Source of the DNA: an uncultured Gammaproteobacteria bacterium
Lineage (GTDB): Bacteria > Patescibacteriota > Patescibacteriia > UBA1558 > GWA2-36-10
Assembly (NCBI GenBank): GCA_964638415.1
Contig: CAZWYP010000001.1
Location: 53,706-117,705, forward strand
Reading direction: 5' to 3'
DNA: 64,000 nt
Numbering within the stretch: position 1 is the first letter of the stretch; each line of letters begins with the position of its first letter. Made by a program: the position numbers and the translations under genes. Shown here in pieces: positions 57,736-64,000 of the stretch. A model generated the notes under the pieces. That model ran no database searches. It had not been told where the DNA came from and saw only the letters and a list, made by a program, of their open reading frames with translations.

Positions 57736-59700
57736 ATGGATTTTAAATTGCAAGCTAAATTCAAACCAGCGGGAGATCAAGAGCAGGCCATAGACAAGCT
57801 AGTTGCCGGTTTGCGCAAGCAGTACCGTGAACAGACTTTGCTGGGTGTTACCGGCTCCGGCAAGACTTTTACCATGGCTAATGTTATTAATAAAATAAAT
57901 AAGCCAACGCTGGTAATTTCCCATAACAAAACTTTAGCCGCGCAATTAGCTTCGGAATTTCAGGATTTCTTTCCGGACAATGCTGTGCATTATTTTGTTT
58001 CCTACTATGACTATTACCAGCCGGAAGCTTATCTGCCGGCTTCTGACACTTATATTGAAAAAGAAACGCAGATCAATGAGGAAATTGACCGGCTACGCCA
58101 TATTTCCACCCAAAGCCTATTAACCAGAGATGATGTAATTATTGTTGCTTCAGTTTCCTGCATTTACAATTTAGGCAGCCCTTTAGATTACAGCAATTAC
58201 CGCCTGACTTTAGAACAAGGTAAAATCTATAATCGTTTGAAAATTCTCAAGCATTTAAATGATCTGCATTACCAGCGCAATGATGTTAACTTAGTGCGTG
58301 CTACTTACAGCGTGCAGGGAGAGCTTGTTAATATCTTTGCTTCTGGGCAAGATGACAGCTTTTTCCGCTTAAGCTTTTTTGGTGATACTTTAGAATCCAT
58401 TGAATTGGTGGATTTGTTTAATCATCGGGTAAAAGAGAAATTAACTACCGTAGATATTTTTCCAGCCAAGCATTTCTTGACTAATTGGGATAACTTGCCG
58501 GCAGTAGTAGAAGCCATTCGCCATGATGCCGAACAGGAAGTTAAAGACTTACAAGCTAAAGGAAAAATTTTGGAAGCTGAACGCTTGAAAACCAGAACCA
58601 ATTTGGATTTGGAAATGATTTCCCAAGTAGGCTATTGCAACGGCATTGAGAATTACTCCCGGTATTTTACCGGCCGCCCGATTGGCTCACCACCTATTAG
58701 CTTGCTGGAATATTTTCCTGATGACTTCCTTTTATTTATTGACGAATCCCATATTACTATTCCCCAAATTGGCGGTATGTATCTAGGAGACAAAGCGCGT
58801 AAGCAGAACTTAGTAGACTTTGGTTTTAGATTGAAGTCTGCCTATGACAACCGACCTTTGAAATTCGATGAATTTGAAAAATATATTAAGCAGGCAGTTT
58901 ATGTGTCAGCTACCCCGGGACATTACGAATTGGAGCATTCTAAGGCGGTAGTAGAGCAGGTAATCCGTCCCACTTATATCTTAGATCCCCAGGTGGAAAT
59001 CCGCCCAACTACTGGTCAATTAGACGATTTGTATAATGAGATTAAGAAAGTAATTGCTAACAAGCAAAGAGTTTTAATTACTGTCTTAACTAAGAAATTA
59101 GCAGAAGATGCTACAGAGATATTCTTGGAAAAAGGAATTAAGGTTCAATACTTGCATTCTGAAATTAAGACTTTGGAAAGATTAGATATTTTGCATGACT
59201 TGCGGTCCGGTAAGTATGATGTTTTAATCGGAGTTAATCTCTTGCGGGAAGGCTTGGATTTACCGGAAGTTTCACTAGTAGTTATTTTAGATGCTGACAA
59301 GGAAGGCTTTTTGCGTTCTGCTCAAGCCTTAATCCAGGTAATGGGCAGAGCCGCTCGGCATAGCGAAGGTAGGGTAATTATGTATGCAGATAATATTACC
59401 GGTTCGATGTCCCAAGCGATTAAGGAGACGGAGCGTCGGCGCAAATTGCAGGAAAGGTATAATCGGCAGCATAAGACTAAGCCAGTGTCGGTGAAGAAAA
59501 AGCTTAAGGAAAAAATATTAACAGAGTTAGACTTAGCTAAGACTTTTTCTGAACAGATTAAGGATTTAGATAAAGAAGCTAGAGAATCTTTACGCCAAGA
59601 ATTAGAAGAGAAGATGAATTTAGCAGCCGAGAATTGGCAGTTTGAAGAAGCTATTAAATACCGTGACCAGCTGGCGATATTAACTAAGCAGAAGAAGTAA
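57736..59700 (+). CDS. uvrB: excinuclease ABC subunit B
   Basis: Walker A (GVTGSGKTFT), helicase motifs, and a C-terminal UvrB/UvrC interaction domain (QFEEAIKYRDQL). Confidence 0.97.
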   Translation: MDFKLQAKFKPAGDQEQAIDKLVAGLRKQYREQTLLGVTGSGKTFTMANVINKINKPTLVISHNKTLAAQLASEFQDFFPDNAVHYFVSYYDYYQPEAYLPASDTYIEKETQINEEIDRLRHISTQSLLTRDDVIIVASVSCIYNLGSPLDYSNYRLTLEQGKIYNRLKILKHLNDLHYQRNDVNLVRATYSVQGELVNIFASGQDDSFFRLSFFGDTLESIELVDLFNHRVKEKLTTVDIFPAKHFLTNWDNLPAVVEAIRHDAEQEVKDLQAKGKILEAERLKTRTNLDLEMISQVGYCNGIENYSRYFTGRPIGSPPISLLEYFPDDFLLFIDESHITIPQIGGMYLGDKARKQNLVDFGFRLKSAYDNRPLKFDEFEKYIKQAVYVSATPGHYELEHSKAVVEQVIRPTYILDPQVEIRPTTGQLDDLYNEIKKVIANKQRVLITVLTKKLAEDATEIFLEKGIKVQYLHSEIKTLERLDILHDLRSGKYDVLIGVNLLREGLDLPEVSLVVILDADKEGFLRSAQALIQVMGRAARHSEGRVIMYADNITGSMSQAIKETERRRKLQERYNRQHKTKPVSVKKKLKEKILTELDLAKTFSEQIKDLDKEARESLRQELEEKMNLAAENWQFEEAIKYRDQLAILTKQKK

Positions 59701-60443
59701 TGCTAAGCCAAGAAAAAATAAAGAATATTATTAATGATCCTCAGGCAGGAGTGTATCTAATAGATAAACCTAAGGGAGAGCATTCTTTTGATACAGTTAG
59801 CAAACTTAGGAAGATATTGAACATTAAAAGAATAGGCTTTGCGGGCACTCTGGATCCTTTAGCTTCCGGATTGTTAATTGTAGCTACCGGCAGAGCTACT
59901 AGGCTGCTGGATTATTTCCATAAATTTACCAAAGTCTATGAAGCAGATATTTTATTTGGTCAGCAGTCAGATAGCTATGACTTAGATGGCAGAATAGCTA
60001 TTAACCAAGATGTTAAAGAGTTTTCTTTAACTGAATTAAAAGAACAATTAGCTAAGTTTATGGGCAAGCAAAAACAATTTGCTCCCTTATATTCTGCTAA
60101 GAAAGTAAAGGGAGAGAAATTGCATAAATTAGCCAGAAGAGGAGAGTTAATTGATTTGCCAGTATCAGAGATAGAGATTTTTAATTTACAGATTTTAAGT
60201 TTTAACTATCCCCATTTAAGCTTGCAAGTAGAGTGTTCAGCTGGCACCTATATCCGCAGCTTAGCTCATGACTTAGGAAAAGCTATGGGTACCGGCGCTT
60301 TACTTTCTGATTTGCGCCGAACAAAAATCGGACACTGGTCAGTATCCGAAGCTTTTCGCTTAGCAGAGTCAGAAGAAGTAGTAGATAAGAAATTGCCTTT
60401 GCTAGAGATTATAGGCTCTCTAGGTCTATCTCATGTCCGCTAA
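59700..60443 (+). CDS. truB: tRNA pseudouridine(55) synthase
   Basis: Catalytic Asp motif GFAGTLDPLASGLL and TruB length. Confidence 0.9.
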   Translation: MLSQEKIKNIINDPQAGVYLIDKPKGEHSFDTVSKLRKILNIKRIGFAGTLDPLASGLLIVATGRATRLLDYFHKFTKVYEADILFGQQSDSYDLDGRIAINQDVKEFSLTELKEQLAKFMGKQKQFAPLYSAKKVKGEKLHKLARRGELIDLPVSEIEIFNLQILSFNYPHLSLQVECSAGTYIRSLAHDLGKAMGTGALLSDLRRTKIGHWSVSEAFRLAESEEVVDKKLPLLEIIGSLGLSHVR

Positions 60444-60657
60444 TATCTTTGGTGTGTTTTTCCACTTCCAGGCTCTTATGTCCAGCTGTTTTCATTATCC
60501 GGGCGAATTCGCTGGCTTCCATTGATCTCTCGCCTAACTGGCCTAAAGTAGCACCATGCTGCTTGTTGAATTTTTCGGTGCTGCTTAGAGCATCATCAGA
60601 GCGGTATAGTTTTTCCAGGATCAGCCGCTGCTGCTCCGGGGAGATTATTTTTGCCAT
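60409..60657 (-). CDS. hypothetical small protein (uncertain)
   Basis: 82-aa ORF filling the truB-rpsT gap. No recognisable motif. Its 3' end overlaps truB convergently by 35 nt. Confidence 0.25.
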   Translation of the reverse strand: MAKIISPEQQRLILEKLYRSDDALSSTEKFNKQHGATLGQLGERSMEASEFARIMKTAGHKSLEVEKHTKDISGHEIDLESL

Positions 60658-60731
60658 AGCTATTGACTAAATTTATTATATTTGTTAGTATTTTACCATT
60701 ATTATTTATTTTAAACAAACTTTTTAAAACT

Positions 60732-60998
60732 ATGCCTATTAAGAAAGCTGCTATTAAATACTTGCGCAAAAGCACTAAGCGAGCTGCTAAGAATGCTTTG
60801 GTTAAGCGCAATATTAAGGAATTAATTAAGAAAATCCGCAAAGCGACTGAACAAAAAAGCGCTCCGGATAAATTAGCTGAATTAACTAAGCAATTGCAAA
60901 AAGCTGTTGATAAGGCAGTAAAAGCCAGAGTGCTGAAAGCTAATACCGGCAACCGCAAAAAATCCAGAATTGCCAAGGTGATTAAATCCAGCAAATAA
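60732..60998 (+). CDS. rpsT: 30S ribosomal protein S20
   Basis: MPIKKAAIKYLRKSTKRAAKNALVKRNIKELIKK... is the canonical S20 N-terminus. Start moved to the internal ATG 60732; the track ORF begins at 60663. Confidence 0.9.
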   Translation: MPIKKAAIKYLRKSTKRAAKNALVKRNIKELIKKIRKATEQKSAPDKLAELTKQLQKAVDKAVKARVLKANTGNRKKSRIAKVIKSSK

Positions 60999-61010
60999 TT
61001 TTATTTTTTA

Positions 61011-61039
61011 AAACTGCCCATGAATATCTGGGCAGTTTT
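61011..61039. terminator. bidirectional terminator between rpsT and holA
   Basis: AAACTGCCCA-tgaatatc-TGGGCAGTTT hairpin flanked by T-rich and A-rich runs. Confidence 0.75.
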
Positions 61040-62009
61040 ATAATTGGTTAATGAATTGAACGAAGAGGATTTTTTCCGCTTGGCCAGTTTTTAATTTCTC
61101 ATCTAGAATTAATAGTTTTTGGTAAATCCTTTTTAATTCTTCCAGGCTATAGATTTTACTTTGCGCTAAAGACTTCTGCACCACAAAGGAATGGACTTTC
61201 AAGGCCTGGGCTAAAGCAAAGTTATTCTTAATTTTTTCCGACAGTATCTTTATTTTAATTAGCAGCCTAAATTGTCTGGTAATCATAGTCAGTAAATAAA
61301 TAGCATTCTCGCCACTGGTTAATTGCTCTTCCAAAAGCTTAAGTGCAGTCTTTTTATCTTTGCGGCCAATGGCATCAATTAGATTGAAAACATTGTCATT
61401 GGCCTTGGCTTGGATAAGCTCATTGACATCAGCTAGGGTAATCGCTTTATTTTTAGCAAAGTGTATTAACTTGCTGATTTCCTGATCAAGCTGCCAGAGA
61501 TTATTACCAACATAGCCCAGCAAGGCTTCCAGGGCAGCGGGAGCAATTTCTCCGCCCGCTAAAGTTATCTGCTGCTTAGTCCAGGCGGCTAGTTTAGCCG
61601 GTGGCAAGGGAGTAAACTCTTCGGTATATTTGAATTTCTTCAGAGCTTTGTAAAGCTTACTGGCAACAGAGGGCTTGCTGTCTTCCCAGAAGATCAGGTA
61701 ATTTTCTTCCACGCTGTCAGTTAATTTGTTAAGGTAGTCAATTAAGCTGTCTTGGAAATTTTTTAATTTCTTGTTTTTAAAAATATTCCTAATGGTTACC
61801 AGCTTTTTGCTAGCCAAAAAACCGGTGGCGGTCACCGTTTTGAAAAAATCGTCAATCTTTAGCTCTTCTCCATCCAATTGCTGGATATTCTGTCCGCTAG
61901 CATCAATAGTCTGCTGGAATTTGTTTTTTATCGCTTGGATTTTAGCTTGAGCTAAGAATGAATTTTCACCGTAGAAAAAGAAAATCATATTTTTTCCAGT
62001 TTGTTCCAA
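61038..62009 (-). CDS. holA: DNA polymerase III delta subunit
   Basis: 323 aa. The N-terminal FFYGENSFLAQAKIQ and AAA+-like delta fold length match HolA. Start overlaps the polA stop by 25 nt. Confidence 0.8.
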   Translation of the reverse strand: MEQTGKNMIFFFYGENSFLAQAKIQAIKNKFQQTIDASGQNIQQLDGEELKIDDFFKTVTATGFLASKKLVTIRNIFKNKKLKNFQDSLIDYLNKLTDSVEENYLIFWEDSKPSVASKLYKALKKFKYTEEFTPLPPAKLAAWTKQQITLAGGEIAPAALEALLGYVGNNLWQLDQEISKLIHFAKNKAITLADVNELIQAKANDNVFNLIDAIGRKDKKTALKLLEEQLTSGENAIYLLTMITRQFRLLIKIKILSEKIKNNFALAQALKVHSFVVQKSLAQSKIYSLEELKRIYQKLLILDEKLKTGQAEKILFVQFINQL

Positions 62010-64000
62010 TTGGGTCCGGCTTCCACATCAGCTACCAAAGGCACTTTTAAGGTGTAGATATTCTCCATAGTGGTTTTGACGAATTTAGCCACTGGCTTTA
62101 AGTCGTCTTTAGGTACTTCCAGTACCAATTCATCATGGACCTGCAAAACCATCTTAGCTTCGGGGGATATTTTTGGCAAGCCAGCCTGGATTTTAATCAT
62201 GGCCAGCTTCATTAAGTCAGCGGCTGTTCCCTGCAGGGGCATATTAACCGCCATTCTTTCGGCAGCCGCCTTAAGCATCGGCAAGGTAGAGTGGATGTCC
62301 GGCAGATATCTCCGGCGGCCAAATAAGGTTTTAACATAACCCTGCTTTTCAGCTAGCACTTTAGTATTATCTATATACTGTTTAATGTTTTTGTAAACAG
62401 AAAAATATTTGTTAATAAACTCTTTAGCTTCATCCCGCTTTAATCCGGTGCGCTGCGCTAAGCCCAATGATCCTAAGCCGTATAATACTCCGAAATTTAC
62501 TTCTTTAGCAGTACGGCGGATTTCTTTGGTAACCTCGGCTAAATTAATTTTATGGATTTCAGCCGCCGTGCGGGCATGAATGTCTTCACCTTCCTTAAAG
62601 CTTTTAATCATCTTCGGGTCATGGGAAATGGCAGCCGCTAAGCGCAATTCAATCTGCGAATAGTCAGCGGACAGCAGCAGTTTGTTTTTAGGGGCAATAA
62701 AGGCTTGGCGTATTCTTCTTCCCAAAGCAGTTCTTACGGGAATATTCTGCAGATTAGGATCTGAAGAAGACAGGCGGCCGGTAGCGGCAATAGTCTGGTT
62801 GAAGCTGGTATGGATGCGGCCGGTGCTGGGATTGATCATCTCCGGTAGCGCTTTAATGTAAGTTGACTGCAATTTAGTCAGTTCGCGGTATTCGGAAATC
62901 AGGGGAATAATGGGATGGGCTTCCATCATCTTATCCAGTTCAGAAGCAGCCGTTGACAAGCCAGTCTTGGTTTTTTTAATTTTTCCCGCGGCGATCTTAA
63001 GCTTAACAAACAGTATTTCTTTTAACTGCTGGGGAGAGGAAATATTAAATTCTTCACCAGCTAGCTTATAGATCTTCTGGCTGACTTTGTTTATCTCCCG
63101 ATTAAACTCTTTAGCCATGTCTTTCAGCAGTTTAACATCCAAAGCTACGCCAGTCAGTTCCATTTCCCCTAAAACAGGGATTAAAGGAATTTCCATGTTC
63201 TGCAGCAAGTCAAAATTCTGCTTCTCTTTAATTACCGGCAAGAGCTTTTGGTACAAGCGCCAGGTAATGTCAGCGTCTTCAGCGGCATAGTAAGACAGCT
63301 TGTCTAAAGGAATTTTGGCAACGACAATTTCTTTCTTTTTTTTAGGCAGGTCGGCTATTAAGTCTGTCAGCTTAAGTTTTTTGTAGCCGAAATAGGTGAA
63401 AGCTAATTCTTCCAAGCGCAGCCCGCGACTAGGGTTAATAAGGTAAGCGGCAATTAAAGTGTCAAAGTAGATGCCCTTGAGGGTAATGCCCAATACTTTT
63501 AAAACTTTGTAGTCAAATTTAATATTATGGCCGACTTTTTTTATTTTGGAATTTTCTAAAATAGGCTTAAGTTTTTCTAAAGCCAGTTTAGCTAGTTTCT
63601 GGTTAGCTAAATTAAGATACCAGCCTTTATTTTCCTGCCAGGAAAAAGAGCAGCCTAAGATCTGGTCATTAATTACATCCAGGCCTTCGGTCTCCGTGTC
63701 AAAAGCAAAGATTTCCTGCTTAGCCAGCTCATTATAAAAACTGGCAAAAGCTTGTTCATCGTCAATTAACTGGTAATTGTTTCCAGTTTCTTTTTTGGCT
63801 GGTACGGTAAAATTAAGCTGGTTGTTTTCCGGTGCTGGTAATTTTTTTAGCAAAGAGTTAAATTCAAATTTCTGGAAGATATTATATACTTCTTCTAGTC
63901 GGTATTGTCCCCACTGGGCTTTGCCAAGGTCTAATTTAATCGGGACAGCTGTGCTAATGGTTACCAGCTTCTTGCTTAAGAAAGCCTCAGATTTTTGTGC
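61985..64000 (-). CDS. polA: DNA polymerase I (3' portion; gene continues beyond the window edge)
   Basis: 3'-5' exo-like domain (IFAFDTETEGL), polymerase motifs A/B/C (RRTAKEVNFGVLYG, VHDELVLE). The reading frame stays open upstream of the track's TTG start to position 64000 (…EEVYNIFQKFEFNSLLKKL, resembling the end of a 5'-nuclease domain). Confidence 0.9.
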   Translation of the reverse strand, partial: AQKSEAFLSKKLVTISTAVPIKLDLGKAQWGQYRLEEVYNIFQKFEFNSLLKKLPAPENNQLNFTVPAKKETGNNYQLIDDEQAFASFYNELAKQEIFAFDTETEGLDVINDQILGCSFSWQENKGWYLNLANQKLAKLALEKLKPILENSKIKKVGHNIKFDYKVLKVLGITLKGIYFDTLIAAYLINPSRGLRLEELAFTYFGYKKLKLTDLIADLPKKKKEIVVAKIPLDKLSYYAAEDADITWRLYQKLLPVIKEKQNFDLLQNMEIPLIPVLGEMELTGVALDVKLLKDMAKEFNREINKVSQKIYKLAGEEFNISSPQQLKEILFVKLKIAAGKIKKTKTGLSTAASELDKMMEAHPIIPLISEYRELTKLQSTYIKALPEMINPSTGRIHTSFNQTIAATGRLSSSDPNLQNIPVRTALGRRIRQAFIAPKNKLLLSADYSQIELRLAAAISHDPKMIKSFKEGEDIHARTAAEIHKINLAEVTKEIRRTAKEVNFGVLYGLGSLGLAQRTGLKRDEAKEFINKYFSVYKNIKQYIDNTKVLAEKQGYVKTLFGRRRYLPDIHSTLPMLKAAAERMAVNMPLQGTAADLMKLAMIKIQAGLPKISPEAKMVLQVHDELVLEVPKDDLKPVAKFVKTTMENIYTLKVPLVADVEAGPNWNKLEKI

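Noticed and set aside
60663-60731. Upstream extension of the rpsT ORF (MTKFIIFVSILPLLFILNKLFKT)
   Set aside because: S20 proteins begin MP(I/A)KKSAIK. The hydrophobic extension is not part of S20 and is AT-rich promoter DNA.
1-64000. CRISPR arrays, transposases, integrases, phage structural genes
   Set aside because: Looked for regularly spaced direct repeats and for DDE/tyrosine-recombinase-like ORFs on both strands and found none. The only tandem duplication is the two pilin-fold fusion genes.

Overview
This is a low-GC bacterial chromosomal window that spans the replication-origin neighbourhood: (yidC-yidD-rnpA-rpmH on the minus strand) | (dnaA-dnaN-ruvA on the plus strand). Other core genes are rpoB-rpoC, ftsK, recA, yebC-ruvC, uvrB, truB, rpsT, holA, tyrS, a PBP1A gene, and a 3'-partial polA that runs off the right edge. 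Gene content is monoderm-like and reduced-genome-like: a FemAB-family enzyme, a Mur ligase, short-form YidC, an LD-carboxypeptidase, a type IV pilin, and no recognisable LPS core genes. This is compatible with a Patescibacteria/CPR-like organism, but that is inference only. There are five tRNAs: Ser-CGA, Arg-CCG and an Ala-Leu-Pro operon with a clear promoter and terminator. The translational coupling of galU, a solute-binding-protein-like lipoprotein and the first pilin-like gene (2- and 4-nt junctions), the absence of any other terminator-like hairpin between them, and a strong terminator after the last gene suggest a co-directional operon at 32849..38360 that ends in five tandem paralogs. 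Each paralog has a signal peptide plus a two-helix core with a W(M/I)TSxG motif, resembling conjugative TrbC/VirB2-type T4SS pilins. Two of them carry large cysteine-rich C-terminal ectodomains, and one of these ends in a probable LAS/M15-like zinc peptidase module. No T4SS ATPase or channel genes were recognised in the window. Other notable content is an alpha-glucan/glycogen island (two glgA paralogs, a GH57-like gene, an APH-like kinase, a P-loop kinase, a PHP gene and a GalT-like gene), an orphan PurD-like ATP-grasp gene, a RelE/ParD toxin-antitoxin pair, a TyrRS with a zinc-ribbon insertion, and a Wzx/Wzy-like membrane gene cluster with convergently overlapping 3' ends. No CRISPR array, transposase or integrase was recognised.
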